Below, in pieces: positions 1-11,762 of a DNA stretch of 64,000 nucleotides (positions within the stretch are counted from its first letter, which is position 1; the number at the start of each line of letters is the position of its first letter). The translations under genes were made by a program, and so were the position numbers. Source of the DNA: an uncultured Planctomycetota bacterium (GTDB taxonomy: Bacteria > Planctomycetota > Planctomycetia > Isosphaerales > Isosphaeraceae); contig CAWJTV010000033.1 of NCBI GenBank assembly GCA_963845755.1, forward strand, positions 448,001 through 512,000. The letters run 5' to 3'. Below the pieces are notes generated by a model. It was not told where the DNA came from. It was given only the letters and a program-made list of their open reading frames with translations, and ran no database searches.

Positions 1-2596
1 CGTCCAGCCCGCCAAGGGACTCAGCCGCGCCCTGCTGTTCCCGGGGAAGGGTTCGCAGAAGGGCAAGGGCCCTCAGGGCGTACGCCCGAGCTTTGCCCGA
101 GTTCCCCGAGTCGCCATGGAGGCCGCCGGCGGTCGCGAGGGCCTCGGCCTGGCCCCGCTCATAGGAGGCCACCGTCGGGTTCGCTTCGGCGAGCCTCCGG
201 AAGATCTCCCCCGCGCGTTCGGCCCTGCGAATCTGCTCCTCAGGATGATCTCGATACCCGTACGACGCGACGCTCATCGAATATCCTTGGGCGAGGTTTT
301 GCCAGTCGCCGTCCTCGGCGAACGGCCCGGCGGTCAGGTCCTCGAGAACCCGCCACTGCCGTTCCCAGGCGACCTGGGCGCGCTCCACCTCGCCATCATT
401 GAGCCAGGAGTGTGCCGTCCGGACCAGCGCCTCGGCCAGCCCCCGGCGGTACTCCGTCTGGCCGTCCGCGGTCGTGACAAGGGTATAGGGCGGGTCGTCG
501 TGGATGAGTGCCTCGAAGATCGCCGTCGCTCGCTCCAGCGCCACCCGCCCCTCCTCCGTGCGGCCGGATCCCACCGACACGAAGCCGTCGAGCGACTCGC
601 ACTCGGCCAGCAGCCGCCGGGCGCCGCCATCGCCGGGCCGCTCGCGCGCGAGCGGTTCGAGGACGTCGCGGGCTCGAGCCAGCTCGGCCAGCGCCTCGGG
701 GTATCTCTGCAGCGACGACGAGCCGAGCAATCCCGCCAGCGCGAGCCGGGCGCGGCCGAGGTCGCGGCGGGTGGTCGGCTCGCCCGGCTGATCGCGCACC
801 AAGGACTCCCGCAACGCCAGCGCCTCGCGGAACGCCTGCTCCGCCTTCGCCGGTGCGTCCACCTTGGCGTACAACGAGCCCGCGTCACAGAGCGCCTCGG
901 CCAGCGCCGACCGCGACGCCGGGTCGGTCTCTCCCTCCAGCGAATCCTTGAGGCGCTCGTAATACCGTTGTGATTGTCCCAGCAGCTTCTTTCGCAGTCC
1001 CTCCAGGGCCTTCTCCTTGAGGATCACGTCCTCGCTGGCGCCGGTGGTAAAAGCCCGCACCGCCTCCATCGCCAGGTCGAACCGCGCCCGCGCCTTGCGG
1101 TTGGCCGCCTCCGCTGCGATCAGGTTGGCGACCGCCTGCCGCCACTGCCAGGTCACCCCGATCAATCCCGTAACCAGGGCCACCATCAACCCCGTGGCCA
1201 GCGACGCCACCGCCGGGTTCCGCCGCGCCCACCGCCACGCCTGCTCGGCCGCGGTGACCCGCCGCGCCCGGATCGGCTTGTCGTCCAGGAACCGTTGCAG
1301 GTCCTCGGCCAGCGCCGCGGCCGTCGGATACCGCCGAGCTGGGTCGCGGTCGATCGCCTTCTGCACAATCGTTTCGAGATCCCGCGGTAACTGCGGCACC
1401 CGGACCCGCAGCCGCTCGGGCTCCTCGCTCATCACCCGCTGCATCAGTTCGTGGCGGTCGGCCGCGGCGAAGGCGGGCTGAAGGGTCAGGAGCTCGTAGA
1501 GCGTCAGCCCCAGGGCGTAGACGTCGCTCCGTGCATCACATCTCCCTCGGAACCGCTCGGGGGCCATGTAACGGACGGTGCCGATGATGTCGCCGGAGTG
1601 GGTGATGTCCTCGGCGTCGGCCGCCTTGGCCAACCCGAAGTCGGCCACCCAGACGTTGCCCCTGGGATCCAGCAGGAGGTTCGACGGCTTGACGTCGCGG
1701 TGCAGGATGCCCTGTCGGTTGGCGTACTCCAGCGCCTCGGCGACCTGGAGGCCGATTCGCGCCACGCTGCGGAAGAAGGTGCGGTCGGGGTCGAAGCGGG
1801 CCAGCGAGTCGGCCGAGGCGCCGGGCAGGCTGACCACCGAGGATTCCGCCGGCTTCGGCGCGAGGGTGTCGGGCCGGGCCAGCGGGGCCGACGCGGAGGC
1901 CGCCAGCGTGGTCCCGGGCCGGGGTCCCCCGTCGGCCCCTCCGGCCGGCGAGAACCGGCCGGTGAGGATTGCCTCGGCGACTTCCGCCGCACTGACCGCC
2001 CCGTCGGATCGGCCGCGGCCCGCCGGCGGGCTCGCGCTGGCGGCGCCCCGCCGCAGCCGGCGCAATTCCTCGAGGACGGCGTCCAGGCCCATGCCGGGGA
2101 TGAACTGCATCACGTAATAGTGATGGCCCTCGTCTCGCCCCACGCCGAAGACCGGGACGATGTTGGTGTGGTGCAGCCGCGCCGCCGCCCGCGCCTCCCG
2201 CTGGAAGCGCAGGACCTGCTGGGCGTCGGACAGGGCGGCATCGGGGAGGACCTTCAGGGCCACGCGTCGGCCGAGCGACTCCTGCTCGGCCTCATAGACG
2301 ACGCCCATGCCGCCGCGGCCGACCTCGCGGAGGATGCGGTAGTCGCCCAGCCGCTCCAGGCGCGTCGCGGTGTGCACGGGCACGCCGCCGGTGGAGTCGT
2401 CGGGGCCGTCGGAGCGGAGGTCCTCCATGCGGATCAGGACGGGGAAGACGTCGCGGATCTCGTCGGCGAGCTCGGGGTGACGGCGGCAGTAGTCCTCGAG
2501 GGTGGGGCGATCCCCGCCGCGCTGGCGGCGGAGGAAGTCGTCGGCCAGGGCTTCGACGGGGTTGCGGTCCTGGCTGGTGCCGGATGAGGTGCTCAT
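1..2596 (-). CDS. Ser/Thr protein kinase with C-terminal TPR-like helical repeats (3' end outside window)
   Basis: Manual translation from ATG 2596 gives MSTSSGTSQDRNPVEALADDFLRRQR..., then GRGGMGVVY, VALK, HRDVKPSN, DFGLAK and GTVRYMAPE. The frame stays open to the window edge, so it is absent from the ORF track. Confidence 0.92.
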   Translation of the reverse strand, partial: MSTSSGTSQDRNPVEALADDFLRRQRGGDRPTLEDYCRRHPELADEIRDVFPVLIRMEDLRSDGPDDSTGGVPVHTATRLERLGDYRILREVGRGGMGVVYEAEQESLGRRVALKVLPDAALSDAQQVLRFQREARAAARLHHTNIVPVFGVGRDEGHHYYVMQFIPGMGLDAVLEELRRLRRGAASASPPAGRGRSDGAVSAAEVAEAILTGRFSPAGGADGGPRPGTTLAASASAPLARPDTLAPKPAESSVVSLPGASADSLARFDPDRTFFRSVARIGLQVAEALEYANRQGILHRDVKPSNLLLDPRGNVWVADFGLAKAADAEDITHSGDIIGTVRYMAPERFRGRCDARSDVYALGLTLYELLTLQPAFAAADRHELMQRVMSEEPERLRVRVPQLPRDLETIVQKAIDRDPARRYPTAAALAEDLQRFLDDKPIRARRVTAAEQAWRWARRNPAVASLATGLMVALVTGLIGVTWQWRQAVANLIAAEAANRKARARFDLAMEAVRAFTTGASEDVILKEKALEGLRKKLLGQSQRYYERLKDSLEGETDPASRSALAEALCDAGSLYAKVDAPAKAEQAFREALALRESLVRDQPGEPTTRRDLGRARLALAGLLGSSSLQRYPEALAELARARDVLEPLARERPGDGGARRLLAECESLDGFVSVGSGRTEEGRVALERATAIFEALIHDDPPYTLVTTADGQTEYRRGLAEALVRTAHSWLNDGEVERAQVAWERQWRVLEDLTAGPFAEDGDWQNLAQGYSMSVASYGYRDHPEEQIRRAERAGEIFRRLAEANPTVASYERGQAEALATAGGLHGDSGNSGKARAYALRALALLRTLPREQQGAAESLGGLD

Positions 2597-2641
2597 GGGC
2601 GGCTCGGTTCGAGAAGAAGGGGATGTGACGGCGGGTTGGGG

Positions 2642-3310
2642 TCACCAACCTTCGTTCATGCCGGGGATCGATGTGAGGATTTCCTTGAGCCGCTTCAAGG
2701 CCCGGATGTATCGGTTGCTCGCCGCCTTGTTGGTCAGGCCGAGCACCAGCGCGGTCTCCTCGTTGCCCAATAGCTCGAAGTGCCGGAGGGTGAGCACCTC
2801 GCGGTCGATCGGGTCCATGCCGTTGAGCGCCTCCTGGAGGATCAGCTTGTGCTCGGCGCGGATCGCGGCGCGGCTGGCGCTGGTCATCTTGCCCAGGAGC
2901 TGCGCGGCCAGCGACACCGAGCTGGCCTGGGGAAAGGCGCCGCGGTGGAGCGAGACCTCCATACCGGCGTCGCGGGCCTGGGCGCCGAGGTGGTGCCGGT
3001 GCAGGTCGGTCAGCTTCTGGCCGGTGACCAGCCGGAGCCAGAGGTGGAACGGCATCGCCTGCGGGTCGCGGGCGTAGTCGGGCAACCGCTTACGGGCCTC
3101 GAGATAGGCGTCCTGGAGGACGTCGTCGGAATCGACCCGGCCCGAGAGGCGGCGGTCGAGCCGGAGCCGGACCAGCCGCCGGAGCCGGTCGCGCTGGGCG
3201 TCGAACAGCGCGGCGAAGGCGCCCTCGTCTCCCGCCAGGGCGCGGGCCAGCAAGTCTTCGGGCTCGGCCGGTACGGGTCTGGCCATGGCGACGCTCGACG
3301 GGTCAGGCAT
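2642..3310 (-). CDS. ECF sigma-70 factor (planctomycete type)
   Basis: Region 2 (RLRRLVRLRLDRRLSGRVDSDDVLQDAYL) and region 4 (DREVLTLRHFELLGNEETALVLG...RYIRALKRL). Lies directly upstream of the kinase. Confidence 0.92.
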   Translation of the reverse strand: MPDPSSVAMARPVPAEPEDLLARALAGDEGAFAALFDAQRDRLRRLVRLRLDRRLSGRVDSDDVLQDAYLEARKRLPDYARDPQAMPFHLWLRLVTGQKLTDLHRHHLGAQARDAGMEVSLHRGAFPQASSVSLAAQLLGKMTSASRAAIRAEHKLILQEALNGMDPIDREVLTLRHFELLGNEETALVLGLTNKAASNRYIRALKRLKEILTSIPGMNEGW

Positions 3311-3383
3311 CTCGGATCACCGGGTTGACGTGCGTGAGGTATGTTACCACAAAAGAGACGTGGAATGGGCGCTCCGGGCTCGA

Positions 3384-4539
<1,156 letters not shown>

Positions 4540-4564
4540 CGTGAGCTCCTTCATTGGCAGGGCA

Positions 4565-4855
4565 TCAATGCGTCTTCACCGGGGTCGTGATGGTCGAGTT
4601 GAGCGTCCGGCCGACTTTCCACTTGCCCTGGGGCCGGGTCCGGGAAACGTCGCGGGTCTTCGGGGCAGTGACCGGGAACCCGATGTTTTCCCGGTCCACC
4701 GCGGCGTTCCTCGACGCGGCGAGGTCGATTGAACCGCCGCGAGAGGTGTCATCGGAGCAACCCACGAGCGTGAACGTCAGGCCCATAGCAAGCAGGCCAA
4801 CGCCAAGGTGCACGAACCGGGGGCGGGTCAGCCGTCGCGGTATGGATCGGGACAC
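4565..4855 (-). CDS. Small putative lipoprotein co-oriented with the DUF1559 gene
   Basis: Basic N-terminus, hydrophobic stretch and lipobox-like LVGC. GAGGAG lies upstream of the GTG start. Confidence 0.6.
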   Translation of the reverse strand: MSRSIPRRLTRPRFVHLGVGLLAMGLTFTLVGCSDDTSRGGSIDLAASRNAAVDRENIGFPVTAPKTRDVSRTRPQGKWKVGRTLNSTITTPVKTH

Positions 4856-5139
4856 GGGTCGCTCCTCCTCGCCGGGGCCAGGTCAGATAGGTCGGTGTCG
4901 AGGCCGACCGGGCACGCTCGCCGGCCGACGTCTCCTCTCACCTCCTCAGATTAGATCCGGGAGGCGGGGCCATCTTTCCACAGGACCGACCGCCTTTTTT
5001 CTCCGCGGGCGTCACGCGCCTGGGTCGAGACGACCATTCACCCACATTCGCGCTGGTCGGAACCGATGACGTGGTCTCCCGGGAGGCGACCAGGGTAGGG
5101 CAGGGGAGTGCCACCAAGGACGTCGGGATGGCCATCGTC

Positions 5140-5181
5140 TACGGTTTTTGCCGTTGACGACTACGGCAAAACCCGTATGAT
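5140..5181 (+). promoter_or_regulatory. Sigma70-like promoter overlapped by a tandem operator (likely BlaI-type autorepression)
   Basis: TTGACG at 5154-5159, 16-bp spacer, TATGAT at 5176-5181. Two TACGG-N6-CCGT(A/T) palindromes at 5140-5155 and 5162-5177. Confidence 0.7.
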
Positions 5182-5230
5182 CCGCCGCGTCGTTCGGAAT
5201 GACATCCATGGACACGGAGGTCACGGCTTC

Positions 5231-5690
5231 ATGGCACGCCCACGTCACGAACAGCCCACGCCCGCCGAGCTCCATGTGCTCAAGATCCTCTGGGATCGCG
5301 ATGGGCCTGCCACCGTGCGCGACGTCCTCGTGGTCGTGAATCGCGAGAGCAACCCCCCTCGGGCCTATACATCGGTCATGAGTCTGCTCAATGTCATGAC
5401 CGACAAGGGCCTCTTGCGGCGGTCGCCGCACGGGCGAGCGTTCTTGTACGAGCCGGTCTCACCGCGGGAGCAGACCCTCCGCTCGCTTCTGGGTGAAACG
5501 CTCGAAAAAGTCTACAACGGCTCGGCGAGCTTGCTGGTGGCTCATCTCCTCGACCAGTCCCATCCCTCGGCCGATGAGCTCGATCAGATCCGCGCCCTCC
5601 TCGATGACTACCAAAGCCGGCGGACTCCCACGTCCGAGAAAGGAGGGAGCCGATGCGATCGTTCCCGCTCGACGCGCTCGGCGGCGCTAG
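5231..5690 (+). CDS. BlaI/MecI/CopY family repressor
   Basis: PTPAELHVLKILW...YTSVMSLLNVMTDKGLLRR...RAFLYEP. It reads fused to the next gene as given; deleting one base near 5680 puts the stop at TAG 5688-5690. Confidence 0.9.
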
Positions 5691-7594
5691 CCGGCCGGCT
5701 GATCTGGCTCGGCCTTCTCCACGGCGTCTGGATCGGTCTATTTGGCGCGGCTGGCGTCGCCCTGTACTTTCAGGCTAGATCCCGTTTGTCCCACCAGGCG
5801 CGTCATGCGATCCTGCTGCTCGCGATGGTTGGCGTTGCCGTCGGGCCGGTCGCCGTCGCGCTCCTCCTGCAAGGGTTTTCCTCACACGGAACGACAATCG
5901 ATCGAACGGGATCGGAATCGACCATCGTGGTCGTCATCGGCGAGGCCGCAGCCGGTGCGGCGGTACCGGCTGCGGCCTCGATCGAGCCCGAGCCCGTTGA
6001 GAACCCAGGCTGGAGTCGTCTCGATAAGACTCTGGCATGGGCCGTCGATCGGGTGTGCCAACTCCGTGGCGTGGTGGTCGGGGTATGGCTCCTGGCGACG
6101 CCTTGCCTCGGCGCCTTCCTGATCCTGGGATCGCGGAGGGTGCACCGGCTCTGCCGCGAAAGCGACGCGGCCTTGCTACCCATCCAGGAGCGGGCGCGCC
6201 GGCTGGCCCGTCGGTTGCGACTCCGGAGGATTCCCCGGATCCTGGTTCACCCGAGTCTCTCTGAACCGTTCCTCTGCGGCGTGTTCCGGACGGTCATCGT
6301 GCTCCCCGGGCGCTGGCTGACAACCGCCTCGCCCGAGCGACTCGATGCCATCCTGGCCCATGAGCTGGCCCACGCGCGTCGCCTCGACCACCTGGTGAAC
6401 CTGGCTCAGAGGCTGGTGGAAGTGGTGCTCTTCTTCCATCCGGCGGTGCACTGGCTGTCGCGGTCGCTGCGCCGCGAACGCGAACTGTGCACCGACGCGC
6501 TGGCGGTCCGCATGACCCACGATCCTCTGGCGCTGGCCGAAGCCTTGCAATCGGTTGCCCGTCTGCGTCTCCATTTCCGTTCGCCCCGGGAGATGACGAT
6601 CGCCGGCACGTCGCTGGGCGGTCAGACAGTCTCCCTTCTCCCTCGGATTCAGGAGCTGATCGGCATGACGCCAACTCGCCCGCAACGTCGCATCTGGCCC
6701 TTCGCCGCCTTGCCGGCGGCCGGGATCATCGCCCTCATCGCCACGGCCGCCGGGCTGGCTCGCGATAATCCACCGTCATCCTCCGCCACGACCAAAGCCC
6801 GACCTCCCGTATCCGCAACCCGGGCCGACTCCGGGAAGACGGCGGAAACCGAGCGCTCGATCCAGTACGAGGTGCGCTTGTGTTCGCTCCCCGCAGCGCC
6901 CTGCGCGAACTCCTGCTCGACCGGCTCAAACCGATCAAACTCGAGGCCGACGTCGCCGCCTGGATCATGGATGACCAGGCGCTGTTCGACTTCCTCACAC
7001 TCGCCCAGAACGATACGCGGTCCGAGGTTCTGAATGCTCCCAAGGTCACGATGCTCGAGGGCGACCATGCCCTCGTCATCCGCACGCGGAAGCAGCATTA
7101 CGTCGCCGATGTCGAATGTGCGGCTGGAAAGGGTTTCCGACCCATCATGAAGAAGGTGGACGTCGGCTTGAAGGTCGACCTGACCGGAACGTGTCTGCCC
7201 CATGGCCTGCGGCTTTCGGTGGATGTGAGCCATTCGTCCCTGCTGGGTTTCCACACCCTGTTCCGCAAGGGGGAAATCCACGGCGAGGTCCAGCTCGCCC
7301 AGTACCAGGTGCCCACGGTCCTCAACCGCCGCTCCCAGGTTTCCTGCGACTTGCCCGAAGGGTCCTTCCTCGTCATCAGTTCCGGCCTGTCCGAGGAACG
7401 CGAGGATCTTCGAGGTATCGCCGGGTTTGCCAGTGATGTCTTCGAAATCCGTCGGGCTTCCCAAGCTCGACAAATCCACGACTTACGAACAACTCGTCAT
7501 CGTCAGCCGGCGGATCGAGCCGAAGTCCGAGAAGCGTGCCGCCGCGGCGAGCCCGTCCTCGAAAACCCAGGCTCGCGGCCCCGTCAGCCGCTGA
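5653..7594 (+). CDS. BlaR1-like M56 metallopeptidase with a secretin-like C-terminal region (frameshifts near 5680, 6900 and 7445)
   Basis: Transmembrane segments, AILAHELAHARRLD, FFHPAVHWL and ERELCTD. AGGAGG precedes ATG 5653. The C-terminal part (EVLNAPKVTMLEG...) is in a shifted frame. Confidence 0.85.
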
Positions 7595-7602
7595 CGGCTC
7601 GG

Positions 7603-7749
7603 CTCGGAGGCGATCCGGAAAGGTCGGGTTCGTAGTCGTAACTGCTTGCGAATACAGGCATTGCGGCAAAACGGCCGGGGTTCGCCGTAATGGCTTGTGT
7701 CCCAATCAGTTCCGGCCAATCAGCCGGCGCCTCTCGGATAGCCTCCGAG
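7603..7749. mobile_element. Degenerate MITE-like element
   Basis: Inverted ends CTCGGAGGCGATCCG (7603-7617) and CGGATAGCCTCCGAG (7735-7749) match at 14/15. Two internal 29-bp palindromic motifs. No clear target duplication. Confidence 0.45.
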
Positions 7750-7960
7750 AGAGGTTCACAACCGTAATAAATAAATATGTAAATACAAAAATATCATATT
7801 TATAAAATCAACGACGATGAATCAAGGCTCCCTGGGCACACCTGGACTTGATTCTGGTCATTTGTACATTTTCCACCTGTTATCCCACCTGTTCTCAGGC
7901 GCACGGACCTGGAGCGTTCTCGCTCGGGTCGCGTGAGCAACTCATTCGTGAGACGCTCGC

Positions 7961-8877
7961 TCAAGGACCGCCGGCCCGGATTCTTTTCCGGGGATCGCTC
8001 CGGCTCTCGGGGATGACGTGAAGGCTCCCCGGCCGGGAGGCGTACTTGCCGCCGCTCTCCCGGGCAATTCGCACGAGATGGTCGCCGCCCTCGCCGCCGG
8101 AGAGGTCCACGCAGTGGATCGGGATCTTCCGGGTGTTGTACCGCGACACGATCTCCACGGTCCCCTCGGGGAACAGGCCGTCGGAGAGCAGGAAGACGGC
8201 CTCTGGCCGCAGGCTCAGCGCCTGCTTGATGGACGTGCGGGGATCGGTCCCGCCGTCGGGCTCCATCAACTCGAGCCAGGCGTTGAGCTGGCGTTTGTGC
8301 TCGGGATCCGCCGGGCGCGGTACCGGGCCCCCCGGCATCGGGATCGACTCCTCGTTGTAGAAGATGACCTCGAATCGCTGCGGCGATTGGAGCGCCATGA
8401 CGCTCCGCCGCAGCTCGATCGTCGCGCGGGCGAACCGGTCGTCGTCGATCATGCTCCCCGAGCCGTCGATGACGTAGACGAAAAACCGGCCCTGCGCCGG
8501 ATGCCGAAGAACGACGCCTGCCGCCAGGGTGGGATGTCGCGCCAGTCCGTGATGCCGGAATATCGGTCCGGTGGGTCCCCTTCCGAGCCCGGCGGCATCA
8601 GGAACGGGCTGCGCGGCTTCTGCATCTCGGATTGCGTCATGATCCGAGGACCGGCCTTCGCCTTGGGAGCGGCTTTCGCCGAAGGTTTCTTCGTCGTGTT
8701 GGATCTGGGCTGGGCCGGCTTTTGATCCTTATCGGCTGTCGCCGATGCTTTCGAAGCCTTGTCGGCCGGGGCTGAGGAGCCGGTCGAGGCTTGCGACTGT
8801 CCCGCCAAGGCCGATGCCAGAACGAGCGCGTGTAGCCAGACCAAGGCTATCCCTCCTCGTGTAGACTCCCGATCCAT
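7961..8877 (-). CDS. Secreted vWA-domain protein (frameshift near 8490)
   Basis: Signal-like N-terminus. The corrected junction reads [21 protein letters not shown] (MIDAS DxSxS), followed by GGTDP and VFLLSDG. Confidence 0.8.
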
Positions 8878-9106
8878 TCCGAGAGGATCCCGACACCCTT
8901 CAAGGTTATCGCACCCACGAGTTACCGGCAACGGGTCGTTTCAGCGGTCGTGGCTCCTCGGTTTCTTTCCAGCATCTAGGATCGTGCAGGCCAGTTTTAT
9001 AGAATACCCTAAGATAGGCGGCCACGAGGACGAATGCCCGGACAGGTACGGCGAACGTCGGGCCTGCGATCGTGGTCGGACCTGGAATCTCGGGGCGAGG
9101 CTGCGC

Positions 9107-10004
9107 ATGCTGGCAAAGCGGATCATCCCCTGCCTGGACGTCAACCATGGGCGTGTCGTCAAGGGGACGAACTTCCTGAACCTCCGGGACGCCGGCGATC
9201 CGGTCGAGGTCGCCGCGCGGTACGATGGCGAAGGGGCCGACGAGTTGGTGTTCCTCGACATCACGGCCAGTCACGAAGATCGGGCGATCCTGCTGGACGT
9301 CGTCCGTCGGACGGCCGAGGTCTGTTTCATGCCGCTGACCGTCGGCGGCGGGATTCGCAGCCTCGACGACATCCGCACGCTCCTGAGCGCGGGAGCGGAC
9401 AAGGTCTCCATCAACTCGGCGGCCGTGCGCGACCCCGAGCTGATCCGCCGGGCGGCCCGGCGGTTCGGCAGCCAGTGCATCGTCGTCAATATCGATCCCA
9501 AGCGCGTTCGACCGCGACGGGCGAGAGATCTGGGAAGTCCACATCAATGGCGGACGGGTGCCCACCGGGCACGAGGCGGTCGCCTGGGCGCGGCACGTCG
9601 AGAGCCTGGGCGCCGGCGAAATCGTCCTGACCAGCATGGATGCCGACGGAACCCAGAACGGTTATGATCTGGAGATGACCCGCGCCGTGGTCGATGCGGT
9701 GGGTATTCCGGTGGTGGCCTCTGGAGGTGCGGGGAGCCCCGAACACCTGCGTGCCGTGCTGGCCGAGGCCGAGGCCTCCGCCGCTCTGGCCGCCAGCATC
9801 TTCCACTATGGTCAGCATTCCATCATGGAGACCAAGGAGTACCTGGCGAGTCATGGCGTCTCGGTCCGGCGGACCGCGGGCCGCCCGCGAGACCGCACCC
9901 CGACGACGGATACCCACCGGCTCCGTCCTCCGCCGGACGGACCGCCCGCCGAGCGGGACGCACCGCACGATCGAGAATCACTCGTGGCCGGTTCGGCCCC
10001 GTGA
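9107..10004 (+). CDS. hisF: Imidazole glycerol phosphate synthase subunit HisF (frameshift near 9507)
   Basis: [50 protein letters not shown] and ALAASIFH. Confidence 0.97.
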
Positions 10005-10098
10005 TCGCAATCGTACCCGGAGGGTCGGATCGATTTGCAGTTCCCCCTGGTTGTCCCCAAGTCCTCGTTCCAGTCCAGAACAGCAGGAGACCCAGATC

Positions 10099-11259
10099 AT
10101 GGCGACGGCCGTAGAAGCCCCACCCGTCGAAGCAATGCCCAATGAGCCCGAGGCGAACAAGCTCTTCCGGATGGTCATGAAGTTCAAGGGGTCGGACCTG
10201 CACCTCAAGGTCGGGCTGCCCCCCGCGATGCGGTTGACCGGCACCATCCGAATGATGCAGATGCCCCCGCTCAGCAGCGCGGAGATGGAACGCCTGATGT
10301 TCCCGCTGCTCTCGCCCCGCCAGAAGACCATCCTGGAGGAGACGGGCGGCATCGACTTCGCCCACATCGTCTTCGATCCCAACGGCGATGAGACTCGCTT
10401 CCGCGTCAACCTGTTCCGTCAGCGTGGCCGGCTCAGCCTGGTCGCTCGCCGCGTCAATGCGTCGATCCCCGACTTCGAAGGGCTGGGCTTGCCTCCCGTC
10501 CTCGGCGAGATCGCCAGCCATGACCAGGGGATCGTCCTCCTGGCCGGCGTCACCGGCAGCGGCAAGTCCACCACCATCGCCGCCATGCTCCAGTACGTCA
10601 ACAAACGCGAGCGCTGCCATGTCGTCACCATCGAGGACCCGATCGAGTTCACCTTCAAGGACGACAAGTGCATCATCAATCAGCGCGAAGTGGGCATCGA
10701 CGTCGTCAACTGGGACACCGCCCTGAAGCATGCCGTGCGGCAGGACCCCGACATCATCCTGGTCGGCGAGATGCGTGACCGCGACACGTTCAACGCGGCC
10801 ATGCACGCCGCCGAGACGGGCCACCTGGTCTTCGGGACGATCCACGCGTCCAGTGCCCCGTCCACCATCAGCCGCATCCTTGACCTGTTCCCCCAGGATA
10901 TGCACAAGGCCATGCGGCAGAACCTGGCGTTCAACCTTAAAGCGATTGTCGCCCAGAAGATCTTGCCGACCACCAAGGAATGGGCGGCGTCTACCGGACA
11001 GTCCCGCGTCCCCCTGGTCGAGGTCATGCGCATCAACCCAATCGTGCGGAAGCTGATCCTCAACGAGGAGGACATCAAGCTGGCCCAGGCGATCCGGCTC
11101 GGGAAGGAAGAGGGCATGGTTGACTTCACCGATAGCCTGCATCAACTGGTGCTCGCCGAGAAGATCGAGCGTGCCACCGCCTTCGAGGTCGCCCCCAATC
11201 CTGAGACTTTGCGCATGGTGCTCAAGGGGATCCAATTGCCCGAATCGGGCATGCTCTAA
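10099..11259 (+). CDS. PilT/PilU family type IV pilus retraction ATPase
   Basis: GSDLHLKVG, Walker A GVTGSGKST, TIEDPIE, RQDPDIILVGEMRD and ETGHLVFGTIH. Confidence 0.93.
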   Translation: MATAVEAPPVEAMPNEPEANKLFRMVMKFKGSDLHLKVGLPPAMRLTGTIRMMQMPPLSSAEMERLMFPLLSPRQKTILEETGGIDFAHIVFDPNGDETRFRVNLFRQRGRLSLVARRVNASIPDFEGLGLPPVLGEIASHDQGIVLLAGVTGSGKSTTIAAMLQYVNKRERCHVVTIEDPIEFTFKDDKCIINQREVGIDVVNWDTALKHAVRQDPDIILVGEMRDRDTFNAAMHAAETGHLVFGTIHASSAPSTISRILDLFPQDMHKAMRQNLAFNLKAIVAQKILPTTKEWAASTGQSRVPLVEVMRINPIVRKLILNEEDIKLAQAIRLGKEEGMVDFTDSLHQLVLAEKIERATAFEVAPNPETLRMVLKGIQLPESGML

Positions 11260-11762
11260 CGACTCTGTGGGAGCGTCGGTGGGACCGAGGTATCCGCAAC
11301 CTGGGGCTTCCGCCGCCCATCCCTTCGGGGCGAGCGGTCCGGGACGTCGTAGCCGGCTTCCCGGACGCCGGCGTCTTTCAATTGGCGCCGAAAGGCATTA
11401 CGATCACATGACCCAGCGTACTCGGACCGACTCGGTTTCCCGTTGTGACGGCGGCGGACCCCGGCGGGCCGGTTCGCGGGCAAGGCCGCCGAGCCATCGC
11501 AGCCGTGGATCCTCGCCGATGGCCACCGCGCCTCGGCACCCGACGGCGCGGCGTGGGTTGATGGCCTTCGGGCCGATGGACAACCGAGCCATGGCTCCGT
11601 GGGCGTCCCCCCGGGCGGGTCGACCGGCGCACGATCGTCCGGACGCGTTCCGACCCCTGAGCACGTGGAGGGTGTCCCTGAGGAAGCGGTCACCCCGCGG
11701 TCGGGATCACCGGCAGGTACCCCGTTTTTCGGATCCGAGGCATCGCTCCGGAGAGGTCAGCA

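Noticed and set aside
5108..7033. Apparent BlaI-BlaR1 fusion protein (641-aa ORF)
   Set aside because: Deleting one base near 5680 restores both a BlaI stop (TAG 5688-5690) and an in-frame, RBS-preceded ATG at 5653. Indels are common throughout the window.
7760..7895. Replication origin (oriC)
   Set aside because: Only one 8/9 DnaA-box match (TTTTCCACC) and no dnaA/dnaN context.
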